In this document: one piece after another, positions 9,218 to 19,513 of the stretch
Layout: the number at the start of each line of letters is the position of its first letter
How positions within the stretch are numbered: position 1 is the stretch's first letter
Assembly: GCA_965662235.1 (NCBI GenBank)
Contig: CBFIGY010000011.1
Location: 21,328-85,327 of the forward strand
Direction of reading: 5' to 3'
DNA length: 64,000 bases
From: an uncultured bacterium
GTDB taxonomy: Bacteria > SAR324 > NAC60-12
Notes under the pieces: generated by a model
What the model was told of the DNA's origin: nothing
Seen by the model: only the letters and a program-made list of their open reading frames with translations
The model's database searches: none
Made by a program: the position numbers and the translations under genes

Positions 9218-10495
9218 ATGAAAATGTTTGCCAAACAGATGGTCCGGGCGCTGCTGTCAGCCGGCCTGATTGCCAGCATGAGCCTTGCGGCTCAGGCCGT
9301 GGAACTGAGCTTCATGCTCAACTCGGATGGAAAAGAAGTCGAGGTCCTGCAGGACTTCATTGACCGCTACGAGCAGGCGAATCCGGGTGTGACCGTGAAG
9401 ATGAACGTGGTGGGCTACAACGTCATCCGCGAGCAACTGGAGTCTCAGCTGCAGGCCGGTGGCGGACCCGACATCGGGAAAGTGACCAACCTCGGTGGCC
9501 TGAATCCATACTACCTTGACCTGACGCCGTACGTGAACGCGTCGGAGTGGGAATCCATGTATGGCGCCGTCCTGCCGTGGTACCGCGCGGGCAAGCCCGG
9601 AGGCATCTATGGCTTCCATTCGGAAATGACCGTGACGGGCCCTTACGTCAACGTCACCATGTTTGAAGAGGCCGGAGTCGACCTCCCGGGTCCCGGGGCC
9701 ACGTGGGACGACTGGGCCACCGCGACCCAGCAGGTGATGGAAGGCACCGGTTCTTATGCCGCCATGGTCATGGACCGCTCCGGTCACCGCATGGCGGGTC
9801 CGGCAATGTCTTACGGCGCCAAGTACTTTGACGCCCAGGGCAACCTGATCATTGACGAAGGCTTCCGCAACTTCGCTGAGCGCATGGTGAAGTGGCACCA
9901 AGATGGACTGATGCCTCCGGACATCTGGCCGGCGGTTTCAGGTTCCAAGTACGCCAACGGCAACGAGATGTTCTTCAACCAGGATGTCCCGTTCTACATG
10001 TCTGGCTCCTGGAACGTGGCCAACGTTTCCAAGAACGTTGGGGACAAGTTTGACTGGCGAGTGGTTCCGGTGCCGTGTGGTCCGTCCGGTTGTGGCATCA
10101 TGCCCGGAGGCGCTGGTTTTGTGGCCTTCAACACGAGCAAGCACCCGGCAGAAGCTGCCAAGTTTGTTGCGTGGATGGGAGAGTACAAGCAGGCGAAGGA
10201 GTACTACAGCCGCATCTACGCCATTCCAGCCAATGCCCGGGTTCAGGAAGAAGGCATTGACTACTCTCAGTATGGCGCTTCGGCGTCCATTTCTGCGGGG
10301 CTGAACGTCTTTGCTTCCAGTGCCGCGCAAGCTGCCAAGCAGACGCCTCAGGCATACACCCTTCAGGGGAATCCCTTCAACTTTGTCATCTTCAACGCCA
10401 CCACGCAGTACCTGGCGGCCGTCATGAACGGTGAGTTGACGATGAACGAGGCCATGGACAAGATCCGTCAAGAGATTGCGGACAAGGCCAAGTAA
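9218..10495 (+). CDS. carbohydrate ABC transporter substrate-binding protein (family 1)
   Basis: Signal peptide MKMFAKQMVRALLSAGLIASMSLAAQA plus SBP_bac_1-like composition. GGAGAAACC Shine-Dalgarno upstream. Confidence 0.85.
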   Translation: MKMFAKQMVRALLSAGLIASMSLAAQAVELSFMLNSDGKEVEVLQDFIDRYEQANPGVTVKMNVVGYNVIREQLESQLQAGGGPDIGKVTNLGGLNPYYLDLTPYVNASEWESMYGAVLPWYRAGKPGGIYGFHSEMTVTGPYVNVTMFEEAGVDLPGPGATWDDWATATQQVMEGTGSYAAMVMDRSGHRMAGPAMSYGAKYFDAQGNLIIDEGFRNFAERMVKWHQDGLMPPDIWPAVSGSKYANGNEMFFNQDVPFYMSGSWNVANVSKNVGDKFDWRVVPVPCGPSGCGIMPGGAGFVAFNTSKHPAEAAKFVAWMGEYKQAKEYYSRIYAIPANARVQEEGIDYSQYGASASISAGLNVFASSAAQAAKQTPQAYTLQGNPFNFVIFNATTQYLAAVMNGELTMNEAMDKIRQEIADKAK

Positions 10496-10545
10496 GCCTG
10501 CTTTCAACCGAGGCCAGTGCGCTGGCCTCTCTCCCCCACAAAAAC

Positions 10546-11979
10546 ATGTCACCGTCTGCCTGGATCATCTCGATCGTTGGGGTGCTGTGGATTGGAGGCG
10601 GCTCGCTGTGGCTGCTCACCAAACAGCGCTACCGGATTGACCAGATTCCTCACTTCTTCATCGACCTCCTTGGGGTCCCGGTTGAATGGGCCCAGAGCAT
10701 TTGGGGGCGCAAGGGGGTTCCGTACGCCTTTTTGCTCCCGAACATGGTCATCTTTGGGATGTTCACCTTCATCCCGGTTCTGCTGAACTTTTACGTCTCC
10801 TTCACAAGTGGAGACTCCATTTCGATTTTTGAACGGCCCTTTGTCGGCTGGGAGAACTACAACCAGATCTTCGACTGCGACACCATTTTGGAGCCGAAGA
10901 CCTGTCCAAACGCCGGCTACAACTTCTGGCAGAGCCTGTTCAACACCCTGCTCTTCATTGTCTTTCAGGTTCCCATCCTCTGTGGAATGGCGCTGCTGAC
11001 GGCACTGGTGGTCAACAAGGCCATGTCGGGCCGAGGCTTCTGGCGGGCGATGTTCTTCTACCCGGTGATGCTCTCTCCGGTGGTGATTGCCAACATCTGG
11101 CAGTGGATCCTGCACCGGAAGGGGGCACTGAATGCGACCCTTGCCAGCGGCAACCAGACGGTCAATGAACTGGCGGGGATGGCGGGATTTGACATCACGG
11201 TCACGGTCTTGGTGGGCATCCTCATGCTGCTTTCCATGGAGCGGGCGCTTCGCAGTGACGTCATGCCGTCGATCCCCTGGACCTCTCTCTTCGCACTTCT
11301 CTTTCTGGCAGTGGTGTCCTGGTCCAACCCAGCGGGCATGCTGGGAGCCACATCGGTCCCGCTCAACACGCTGTTGGGGGTGCTGCTGGGAGGGGGCTTG
11401 GTGGTTCTGGCGTTACTGGATCACCCCAAGCTGTCTTGGGGATTTGTGGCCCTGGGCGCTGTGGCTGCAGGATTGCTGCTCACCATTCAGTTTGACGCGG
11501 TCTTTGACCTAGGACGCTTCCGTCCCATCAACTGGCTGATCACCCCTCGCACCAGCTGGCCCTTCTTCTGGGTGGTTTTCGTCTACTGCTGGTCGCACAT
11601 GGGGTACTACATGCTGATCCTCCTGGCAGGCCTGCAGGCCATTCCTCCGGATCTTTACGAGGCGGCAAAGATGGATGCCGCCAAGCCCACTCGGGTCTTC
11701 TGGCGCATCACGCTGCCGCTGCTGATGCCGACCTTCACGGTGGTGTTTGTGCTGTCGCTGATCAAGAGCTTCCAGATCTTTGATGAAGTCTACCTGCTCA
11801 CCGGAGGAGGCCCCGGACGGGAGACCTTCATGATTGTTCAGCACATCGTTGAGGTGGCGTTTTCAGATGATCAGGCGAATTTCGGAGAAGCGGCGGCCGC
11901 GTCCGTGTTGATGGCGCTGGTGATCGCTGTCTTTACGTTCTTCCAGCTCTACTTCACCCGCAAGCAATCGGGAGTGTAA
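10546..11979 (+). CDS. carbohydrate ABC transporter permease (MalF/UgpA-like) with an N-terminal extension
   Basis: Multi-TM protein with the EAA loop EAAKMDAAKPTRVFWRITLPLLMPT. The start is uncertain because there is no clear Shine-Dalgarno at 10546. Confidence 0.8.
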   Translation: MSPSAWIISIVGVLWIGGGSLWLLTKQRYRIDQIPHFFIDLLGVPVEWAQSIWGRKGVPYAFLLPNMVIFGMFTFIPVLLNFYVSFTSGDSISIFERPFVGWENYNQIFDCDTILEPKTCPNAGYNFWQSLFNTLLFIVFQVPILCGMALLTALVVNKAMSGRGFWRAMFFYPVMLSPVVIANIWQWILHRKGALNATLASGNQTVNELAGMAGFDITVTVLVGILMLLSMERALRSDVMPSIPWTSLFALLFLAVVSWSNPAGMLGATSVPLNTLLGVLLGGGLVVLALLDHPKLSWGFVALGAVAAGLLLTIQFDAVFDLGRFRPINWLITPRTSWPFFWVVFVYCWSHMGYYMLILLAGLQAIPPDLYEAAKMDAAKPTRVFWRITLPLLMPTFTVVFVLSLIKSFQIFDEVYLLTGGGPGRETFMIVQHIVEVAFSDDQANFGEAAAASVLMALVIAVFTFFQLYFTRKQSGV

Positions 11980-11981
11980 CC

Positions 11982-13061
11982 ATGTCTCAGGTCATCACCT
12001 TCCTCACCCGCACCCGTGGCGGCACGAATGGCCGACGCATCGGTCTCTCCGATGTGCTGGTGTACAGCTACCTTCTCTTTGGCGTGGCCCTGATCATCGT
12101 CCCTGTGCTGTGGGCCTTTGTCAGTTCGCTCAAGTCAAAGGAAGCCCTGGAGCGCTTTGACACCCGAATCCTGCCTTACAATCAGGTGGAGCAGACGATT
12201 GAGGGCGTTGGGCCCAAAGCGGTGTACCTCTGGAATCAGCCCGATGGAACCCAGCAGGAGGTCTTCAAGACGGGACCAACCCGGCGCATGACGCCGGTGG
12301 CGCCGGTGGACAACCCCTCTGCAGAGGTGGAGGCTCCCCGAAAGGAGCTTGCTCCCAAGGAGGAACTCAAGGTTGCCACAGAGAACTACCTCAATCCGCT
12401 GCTTCAGCAGGAGGGGCAGCAGAACTTCTTCTTCTTCCGTTACCTGTCCAACACCGTTTTCGTCACAGTTGTGGCGACGCTGATCACGTTGCTGATCAAT
12501 GCCATGGCGGCCTACGCCCTTTCCAAGTACCGCTTCAAGGGCCGGATGGCGTTCACGGTGCTGATCATTTCCACACTGCTGATTCCGGCAACGATCATCC
12601 TTGTGTCCCTCTTCTTTGTCGTGTGGATGCTGGGCATCTTCGGATCCCTCTGGGGCGTGATCATTCCGGCGGCGGCGACCCCCACGGGCGTGTTCCTGCT
12701 CCGGCAGTACATGTTGACCATTCCGGATGAGCTGATTGAAGCTGCCCGCATGGATGCTGCCTCGGAGTGGAAGATCTTCTGGCGCATCATCCTCCCGCTG
12801 TCGCTTCCGGCGCTGGCGGTGCTGGCCATTCTTTCCGTCATCTGGCGGTGGAATGACTTCCTCTGGCCCCTGATTGTCCTTATTTCGGATCCGGAGCAGC
12901 ACACCCTGCAGATTGGACTGACCGCCTTCACCGGACAGTACAACACGGACTATCACTACATCCTCGCCATGACTGTGGTGTCGCTGCTGCCAGTGACTGC
13001 AGTCTTTGCCTACATGCAACGGTTCATCACAACCGGAATCGCCTCAACAGGTTTGAAATGA
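11982..13061 (+). CDS. carbohydrate ABC transporter permease (MalG/UgpE-like)
   Basis: EAA loop EAARMDAASEWKIFWRIILPLSLPA. It includes a roughly 100-aa periplasmic insert after TM1. Confidence 0.85.
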   Translation: MSQVITFLTRTRGGTNGRRIGLSDVLVYSYLLFGVALIIVPVLWAFVSSLKSKEALERFDTRILPYNQVEQTIEGVGPKAVYLWNQPDGTQQEVFKTGPTRRMTPVAPVDNPSAEVEAPRKELAPKEELKVATENYLNPLLQQEGQQNFFFFRYLSNTVFVTVVATLITLLINAMAAYALSKYRFKGRMAFTVLIISTLLIPATIILVSLFFVVWMLGIFGSLWGVIIPAAATPTGVFLLRQYMLTIPDELIEAARMDAASEWKIFWRIILPLSLPALAVLAILSVIWRWNDFLWPLIVLISDPEQHTLQIGLTAFTGQYNTDYHYILAMTVVSLLPVTAVFAYMQRFITTGIASTGLK

Positions 13062-14167
13062 CATCCTCCAAAGCTCTGGAACTCCGAGACATCCGCAAAG
13101 CCTTCGGTCCCGTAGAGGTCATCCATGGCGTGGACCTCGCCATTGAAGAAGGGGAGTTCATCGTCTTCGTCGGCCCCTCCGGCTGCGGGAAGTCCACCCT
13201 CTTGAGGCTCATTGCAGGGCTGGAGGATCCGACCTCCGGTGATCTGCTGCTGGATGACCGTCGTGTGAATGACGTCCCTGCGTCTGAGCGGGGGCTGGCG
13301 ATGGTCTTTCAGTCCTATGCGCTTTATCCGCACATGAGCGTGTTCAAGAACCTCTCGTTCGGACTGGAGAACCTGCGGGTGGACAAGGCTGAGATTGAAC
13401 AGCGGGTGCAGCATGCCTCAAAGATGCTGCAGATCGACCAGCTGCTCGAGCGACGTCCCGGGCAGCTCTCGGGGGGGCAGCGCCAGCGGGTGGCAATTGG
13501 TCGTGCCATTGTCCGGCAGCCCCGAATCTTTCTCTTTGATGAGCCGCTTTCGAACCTGGACGCTGAGCTGCGGGTGCAGATGCGGGTGGAGATTTCGAGC
13601 CTCCACGACCGGTTGGGCAATACCATGATTTACGTGACCCACGACCAGGTGGAGGCGATGACCATGGCCGACCGCATTGTGGTGTTGAACAAGGGCGGGA
13701 TTGAGCAGGTCGGGGCTCCTCTGGAGCTGTACAACCACCCTGTCAACAAGTTTGTGGCCGGCTTCATTGGCTCGCCCCGCATCAACTTCCTAGCGGGCAT
13801 GGGACAGAGTCAGGACGCTGGAGTTTCGGTGAAGCTAGACTGCGGGCCGCAGCTCACACTCCCGGGGACTGCTGAGACGTCCTTCAACGAGGCCGTCAGC
13901 CTTGGGGTCCGTCCGGAGGCTGTGCACGTTCGGTTAGACGGCAGCGGGGAGATTCAAGGCACGGTTCGGAATTTCGAGCAGCTGGGCTCCATTACCTACC
14001 TGTACGTCGAGCTGCCGAACCAGGAAATGCTGACCGTGCACCTTTCCAGCCAGCTCAAGGTGCAGCGTGGGCAGTCCGTTGGGGTGCACTTTGAACCCTC
14101 TGAGTGCCACCTCTTCCGGGAAACAGATGGCGCCACGCTGGTGACCGCAACCCAAACCAGCAACTGA
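13058..14167 (+). CDS. ABC transporter ATP-binding protein (MalK/UgpC-like)
   Basis: Walker A GPSGCGKST, signature LSGGQRQRVAIGRA, Walker B IFLFDEPLSNLD, and a C-terminal TOBE/MalK regulatory domain. ATGA overlap with the preceding permease. Confidence 0.9.
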   Translation: MTSSKALELRDIRKAFGPVEVIHGVDLAIEEGEFIVFVGPSGCGKSTLLRLIAGLEDPTSGDLLLDDRRVNDVPASERGLAMVFQSYALYPHMSVFKNLSFGLENLRVDKAEIEQRVQHASKMLQIDQLLERRPGQLSGGQRQRVAIGRAIVRQPRIFLFDEPLSNLDAELRVQMRVEISSLHDRLGNTMIYVTHDQVEAMTMADRIVVLNKGGIEQVGAPLELYNHPVNKFVAGFIGSPRINFLAGMGQSQDAGVSVKLDCGPQLTLPGTAETSFNEAVSLGVRPEAVHVRLDGSGEIQGTVRNFEQLGSITYLYVELPNQEMLTVHLSSQLKVQRGQSVGVHFEPSECHLFRETDGATLVTATQTSN

Positions 14168-14178
14168 ACAGAGGCCCG

Positions 14179-15459
14179 ATGACCTACGGCGTCTCCGTCC
14201 GAGACTTTGGGGCTAAAGGGGATGGCCTCAGCGATGACCAAGAGGCACTGCAGCGGGCGCTCAATTCAGGGGCGCCACGGGTGGTGGTGCCGCTGGGACA
14301 GTACCGGCTGGGCCGCACCCTGCGCATTGGCTCCGGAACCCGGCTGCAGGTGCACCCGCATGCGGTGTTACGCCTAGCAGAGGGGGCTGGAACCGACCAG
14401 AGCATCCACCTGATCAGCAACCAGCATCCGGAGACGGGAGACACAGAGGTGGCCATCGAAGGAGGCATTTGGGATGGGAACAACCCGACCAACCCTCGAG
14501 GTCCCGATGCACCCGGAAGCTACACGGGCGTCGCGTTGCAGTTTCACAACGTCCGGGGCCTGGAACTGCGGAACCTGACCATTCAGGATCCGGAGTCCTA
14601 CCACATCCGCCTGAGCCGGGTCCGTCACTTTCGGGTGGAAGGCATCCGCTTTGAAACCCGCCACTTCCGTCCCAACCAAGACGGCGTCCACCTCGGAGGC
14701 TTCTGCGAAGACGGCGTCATCCGTGACATCCGAGCCCTCACCGACGGGGCCCCAAATGACGATGTCGTGGCGCTCAATGCCGATGATGCAAACGGTCGTG
14801 CCCAGAACCTGGGACGCGTCAACGGCCCCATCCGCCGACTCCGCATTGACACCCTGGAAGCGACCAACTGCTTCACCTTCCTTCGCCTCGCCAGCGTCTG
14901 GTCTCGGATTGAGGACATTGACGTCCGGCACATCCGAGGAGGATGCCGCAACTACTTGGTCAACTGTGACGCGCTCCGCTACTGCCGCACCCCGCTCTTT
15001 GAAGCTGACCATCCGGAAGCCCAAGAGGGCGTCGGTTGGCTCCGGAACATTGCGTTGCGGGACATCGAGGTGCACAAAACCGAGGAGCATTCGCTGGATC
15101 CGCTGCTGATGCTGGAGACCCGAATGGAGAACTGGCTGGTGGAGGACTTCCGACGCAACCTGGATCAAGATGAGTACCCGGAAGCGCCCACGATTCGCCT
15201 TCAGCACGTCCTCAGTCCAGAGGTGGTGCTGGACGGGGTTCCGGAAGCTGATGCCACCGTCTTGGGCCGTGCGCTGCCTCCGGGATGGCAGCAACAGGCG
15301 CTGCCGGCTTACCGGGCGGGGGCCCCGGAGTTCCGCTTTCAGGGACCGGTGGGCACTCAGGCGCCGCTTCTTTATTTTGGGTCTCGCTTTCGGCGCCTGC
15401 AGGTACTAAACTCCGTGAAAACCTCTTGGCCCTGCCTGGAGGAATCCGAATCCGTTTGA
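14179..15459 (+). CDS. right-handed beta-helix protein (pectate-lyase superfamily / GH28- or GH55-like glycosidase)
   Basis: N-terminus YGVSVRDFGAKGDGLSDDQEALQRAL is the classic opening of pectate-lyase-superfamily and GH28 beta-helix enzymes. Start placed at the ATG at 14179 rather than 14104. Confidence 0.6.
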   Translation: MTYGVSVRDFGAKGDGLSDDQEALQRALNSGAPRVVVPLGQYRLGRTLRIGSGTRLQVHPHAVLRLAEGAGTDQSIHLISNQHPETGDTEVAIEGGIWDGNNPTNPRGPDAPGSYTGVALQFHNVRGLELRNLTIQDPESYHIRLSRVRHFRVEGIRFETRHFRPNQDGVHLGGFCEDGVIRDIRALTDGAPNDDVVALNADDANGRAQNLGRVNGPIRRLRIDTLEATNCFTFLRLASVWSRIEDIDVRHIRGGCRNYLVNCDALRYCRTPLFEADHPEAQEGVGWLRNIALRDIEVHKTEEHSLDPLLMLETRMENWLVEDFRRNLDQDEYPEAPTIRLQHVLSPEVVLDGVPEADATVLGRALPPGWQQQALPAYRAGAPEFRFQGPVGTQAPLLYFGSRFRRLQVLNSVKTSWPCLEESESV

Positions 15460-15486
15460 CGCAACCTCCCTCTGCCAGACCTTTGT

Positions 15487-16257
15487 ATGGTTGACCTTGA
15501 CTCCGCCCTCACTCAGTTTGACGCCGACGGCTACCTCATTTTTCCAAGGTTCTTTGACCCGGCTGACATTCAGGGGCTTCAGGAACGCATTGATGCAATC
15601 ATGCTCGGCACCGCCCCTGTGGACTATGATCAGATCTGGATGCAACTGGACACCGACTCAGGAAAGTACGAGGACCTCCAATGGGGCGGCAATGGCTTCC
15701 GGGGCGCTTCCCTCGACTACCGGAAGATTCAGGGGTTGGAGACCGATGAGCGCTTCCACGCCTTCATCACGGCGCCGTTTTTTGTGGAACTCTGCCGACG
15801 TGTTTATGGGCCAGAGCTTCCCATTGCCGCCTACCGGACCATGTTCATGAACAAGGCTGCCGGCAAGGGCACTTGGCTTCCATGGCATCAGGACCGCTGG
15901 ACGCACTTGGACCAGGATCCCCTCCTCACGGTCTGGATCCCCCTCGATGCGGCCACTCAGGCCAACGGATGCGTGCAGATCATCAAAGGGTCGCACCGCA
16001 AAGGGTTGCTGAATCCAGATCACCCCTCAGGTTACCTCACGGAGGCGCAGACCGCAGAGCACGTGCGTCCGGAGGACATTGTTTACCTCACCGTTGAGCC
16101 CGGGGACCTTGTGGTTTTGCACAACCTGCTGCTGCACGCTTCAGACGTCAACCGGACGTCTCATCCGCGCCGCGCCCTGAGCGTGTGCTACATGAACGGG
16201 CAGACCCGGAACCTAGACGCTCCTCAAACGCCGTACCCTTCCCTCTTCACCACCTGA
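15487..16257 (+). CDS. phytanoyl-CoA dioxygenase (PhyH) family Fe(II)/2-oxoglutarate oxygenase
   Basis: PhyH-like motifs: WHQD (HxD iron ligands), ...ANGCVQIIKGSHR (distal His), and the overall length. Confidence 0.7.
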   Translation: MVDLDSALTQFDADGYLIFPRFFDPADIQGLQERIDAIMLGTAPVDYDQIWMQLDTDSGKYEDLQWGGNGFRGASLDYRKIQGLETDERFHAFITAPFFVELCRRVYGPELPIAAYRTMFMNKAAGKGTWLPWHQDRWTHLDQDPLLTVWIPLDAATQANGCVQIIKGSHRKGLLNPDHPSGYLTEAQTAEHVRPEDIVYLTVEPGDLVVLHNLLLHASDVNRTSHPRRALSVCYMNGQTRNLDAPQTPYPSLFTT

Positions 16258-16259
16258 GC

Positions 16260-17315
16260 ATGCTCCACGTGGCGCTTCTGGGGTGTGGGGTCATTGGAAC
16301 TCTGCACTTCCAGATCCTTCAGCAGCATCCGGAGGTTCACTTGCATCTCTGTGACGTCGATCGCCGTCAAGCGGAGCGGTTGCAGCCAAAGGCTCCGGTG
16401 TGGGATAACCCGGAGCGCCTGCTTGAGGAGGTGCCGCTGGACCTCGTGAGCATCTGCACGCCTCATCCCTCTCATCCGGACCTGATTCACGCCTGCCTGG
16501 CTCACGGCATTCCGGTGGTTTGTGAGAAGCCCCTTTGCACCTCGGTTCCGGACCTGCAGCGCCTGCGAGCGCTGGCGGAAACCTCTGCCAACCATCAGGT
16601 TACCGGCATCTTTCAGCACCGCTATGCACCGGCTGCGCTCCTCCTGAAGCGTCTTCTGGAGGAAGGCGCCTTTGGCACCTTGGAAGTCACCCGGGCTCGA
16701 TTCCGGTGTGACCGAGGACCCGACTACTATGCCAGCGCTCCGTGGCGAGGCACCCGAATGGGAGAAGGAGGAGGCGTGGTCCTCAATCAGGGCATCCACA
16801 CCCTCGACCTCTGGCAGTGGTGGCTGGGAGGGATTGCTGCCGTTTCTGGCGCCACCCCGACGCTGGTGGGAAAGGCGTTTCTTGAAGTGGAAGACACGCT
16901 GCAGGGGCACGACTCTGAGTGGGCGTGGGTTCAGTTTGCTTCCGGGCTGGAAGGAGCGGTGCAGATGCTCAACCGCCCCGGGTTGCCGTGGGATCCGCAG
17001 CTGGAAATTCACGGCACCCGCGGGTCCTTCTGCTACACCACCAATGACAACGGACGCTTCCTCTCCCTGAGCCACGAGGATCCGGAGGTGCTTGCGGCGC
17101 TGCAAGCTGTCACTCAACCGGAACCGTCCACCAGGGCCAAACCCGAATACAGCGACCTGCACCAGGTTCAACTGGCCGACGTCCTCACCCGTTTGCAGCA
17201 GGGCGCTCCTCCTCGGATTCCTCTGAGTGAGGCGCTCCCTGCCAACGAGGTGGTCCTGGCGTTTTACGAATCCTCCCGTCGGCAGACGACGGTTTCTCTT
17301 CCTCTTACTTTGTAG
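16260..17315 (+). CDS. Gfo/Idh/MocA family oxidoreductase
   Basis: LHVALLGCGVIGTLH Rossmann motif, CEKPL motif and a GFOR C-terminal domain. Start is the ATG at 16260, which follows the upstream stop. Confidence 0.85.
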   Translation: MLHVALLGCGVIGTLHFQILQQHPEVHLHLCDVDRRQAERLQPKAPVWDNPERLLEEVPLDLVSICTPHPSHPDLIHACLAHGIPVVCEKPLCTSVPDLQRLRALAETSANHQVTGIFQHRYAPAALLLKRLLEEGAFGTLEVTRARFRCDRGPDYYASAPWRGTRMGEGGGVVLNQGIHTLDLWQWWLGGIAAVSGATPTLVGKAFLEVEDTLQGHDSEWAWVQFASGLEGAVQMLNRPGLPWDPQLEIHGTRGSFCYTTNDNGRFLSLSHEDPEVLAALQAVTQPEPSTRAKPEYSDLHQVQLADVLTRLQQGAPPRIPLSEALPANEVVLAFYESSRRQTTVSLPLTL

Positions 17316-17324
17316 CACCTGCTT

Positions 17325-18488
17325 ATGCGTCACCTGAAGCTTGGCCTCATTGGCCTGGGCAACATGGGCTCTCAGCACTACCAATCCATCCAGCAGGGGC
17401 ACCTGCAACGGGTGGCCGTCACCGCTGTTTGCGATACCGACCCTGCACGGCTGGAAGGGCTGGATCCGCAGGTGCCGCGCTTTGCCTCCAGTGCGGACCT
17501 CATCCGCTCCGGAAAGGTGGACGCGGTGCTGATTGCCACCCCGCACTACGACCACACCACCATCGGCATTGATGCGCTGGAGCAGGGACTGCACCTGCTC
17601 GTGGAGAAACCGATCTCGGTCCACAAACGGGACTGCCTGAAGCTCCTGCAGGCCTATGAGCAGCGCCCGCGTTCCGAGCAGGTGTTTGGGGCCATGTTCA
17701 ATCAACGGACGGACCCACGTTACCAGAAGCTCCGGACGCTCATTCAAGACGGCGAGTTGGGAACCCTGAGGCGCATGAACTGGATCATCACCGACTGGTT
17801 CCGGACCGACATCTACTACCGGAGCGGAGGCTGGCGAGCCACCTGGAAGGGAGAAGGCGGCGGCGTCCTCCTGAATCAGTGCCCGCATCAGCTGGACCTG
17901 CTCTGGTGGCTGTTTGGGCCTCCGGAGTCGGTCTGGGCGCAGTGCCGCTTCGGTCAGTGGCATGACATTGAGGTGGAAGACGACGTGACCGCGTTGCTGA
18001 CCTATGCCAACGGCGCGACCGGAACCTTCACAACGACCACGGGCGAAGCACCCGGCACCAACCGTCTGGAGATTGTTGGAGAGAAGGGCACCGTTGTGGC
18101 GGATGACGAGGGGCTCCGCTGGTTCCAGAACGCGACTCCGATTTCAGACTACTGCCAAAACTCGGACCAACCGTTTGGCAAACCAGAGGTGACAGAGGTC
18201 TTTCTGCCGTTTGAAAGTCGGGGGGGCCAGCACCGGGAGGTGCTGCAAAACTTTGTGGATGCGGTGCTGGACGGAGCTTCCTTGCTGGCCCCTGCTGTTG
18301 AAGGCATCCACAGTGTGGAACTGGCCAACGCGATGCTGCTTTCCACCTTCGAGGGGGCAGCGGTCCCGTTTCCGTTGGACGCGGAACAGTACTGGAAGCA
18401 CCTAGAGGCTCGCATTGCGACCAGCTCCTTCCGTCAAGACACCGTTTCGGTGACCGTGGACGCCGCGGCGATGAGCAACTCCTACTGA
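17325..18488 (+). CDS. Gfo/Idh/MocA family oxidoreductase
   Basis: LKLGLIGLGNMGSQH Rossmann motif and VEKPIS motif. Confidence 0.85.
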   Translation: MRHLKLGLIGLGNMGSQHYQSIQQGHLQRVAVTAVCDTDPARLEGLDPQVPRFASSADLIRSGKVDAVLIATPHYDHTTIGIDALEQGLHLLVEKPISVHKRDCLKLLQAYEQRPRSEQVFGAMFNQRTDPRYQKLRTLIQDGELGTLRRMNWIITDWFRTDIYYRSGGWRATWKGEGGGVLLNQCPHQLDLLWWLFGPPESVWAQCRFGQWHDIEVEDDVTALLTYANGATGTFTTTTGEAPGTNRLEIVGEKGTVVADDEGLRWFQNATPISDYCQNSDQPFGKPEVTEVFLPFESRGGQHREVLQNFVDAVLDGASLLAPAVEGIHSVELANAMLLSTFEGAAVPFPLDAEQYWKHLEARIATSSFRQDTVSVTVDAAAMSNSY

Positions 18489-18500
18489 AAGAGGTCTTCC

Positions 18501-19505
18501 ATGATTCAATTTGCTTGCATTGGTTTGGACCACCGTCACGTGTACGGCATGACGGAGGGATTGATTGCTGCTGGAGCCCGCTGCGTGGGGTTCTACACTC
18601 GAGAAGACGCAGAGCCCCTGGAAGGCTTTGTGCGTCGGTTCCCGGAGGTTCCCCGCGTGGCGACGCCAGAGGAGCTTTATGAGCGCGACGACCTTCAGGT
18701 CATCGTCTGTGCCGGAATTCCTGCCGAGCGGGCGGAGATCTGCATTCAGGCCATGCGGCACGGCAAGGACGTCATGGTGGACAAACCCGGGGTGATTTCG
18801 CTGCAGCAGCTGGAGGCCGTGAAGGCGGCCCAAGCGGAAACCGGTGCCCGCTACAGCATCGACTTTTCTGAGCACTTTGAGGTCCCGGCGACCCTGAAGG
18901 CTAAGGAACTGATCGACCAAGGCGTCATTGGACAAGTGGTCCAGACCCTTGGGTTGGGACCTCACCGGCACAACGCGCACCTGCGGCGTCCCTGGTTTTA
19001 TGAGAAGGCGCAGTACGGAGGCATTCTCACGGACATTGCTTCGCACCAGATCGACCAGTTCCTCTGGCTCACGGGCTCTTCTGACGCTGAGATTGTCAGC
19101 AGCGCCGTGGGCAACTACGCCAATCCGCAACATCCCGAGCTGGAGGATTACGGCGAGGTCTCTTTGCGCAGCGCCACGGCCAATGGCTTCATTCGGGTGG
19201 ACTGGTACACTCCAGACGCGCTGCCCACCTGGGGAGACGGGCGCCTCTTCATTCAGGGCACAGAAGGGTACATGGAACTGCGCAAGTACGTGGACATTCA
19301 AGGTGCCGACGGAGACAACCACCTCCTGCTTGTGACCGGAGACCGCTATGAACGCATTGACTGCCGTTCGGTGCCAGTGACGTACTTTGAGCAGTTCCTT
19401 GAAGACGTCCGGAACCGGACGGAAACGACGATGACGCATGAGCACTGCTTCACGGTCTGCCGCCTCGCTCTGGAAGCCCAGGCCCGCGCCTCTCGTCTGA
19501 CCTGA
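18501..19505 (+). CDS. Gfo/Idh/MocA family oxidoreductase (divergent member)
   Basis: IQFACIGLDHRHVYG N-terminus and VDKPGV motif. The fold is GFOR-like, but this is a more divergent paralogue. Confidence 0.75.
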   Translation: MIQFACIGLDHRHVYGMTEGLIAAGARCVGFYTREDAEPLEGFVRRFPEVPRVATPEELYERDDLQVIVCAGIPAERAEICIQAMRHGKDVMVDKPGVISLQQLEAVKAAQAETGARYSIDFSEHFEVPATLKAKELIDQGVIGQVVQTLGLGPHRHNAHLRRPWFYEKAQYGGILTDIASHQIDQFLWLTGSSDAEIVSSAVGNYANPQHPELEDYGEVSLRSATANGFIRVDWYTPDALPTWGDGRLFIQGTEGYMELRKYVDIQGADGDNHLLLVTGDRYERIDCRSVPVTYFEQFLEDVRNRTETTMTHEHCFTVCRLALEAQARASRLT

Positions 19506-19513
19506 GCCTCCGT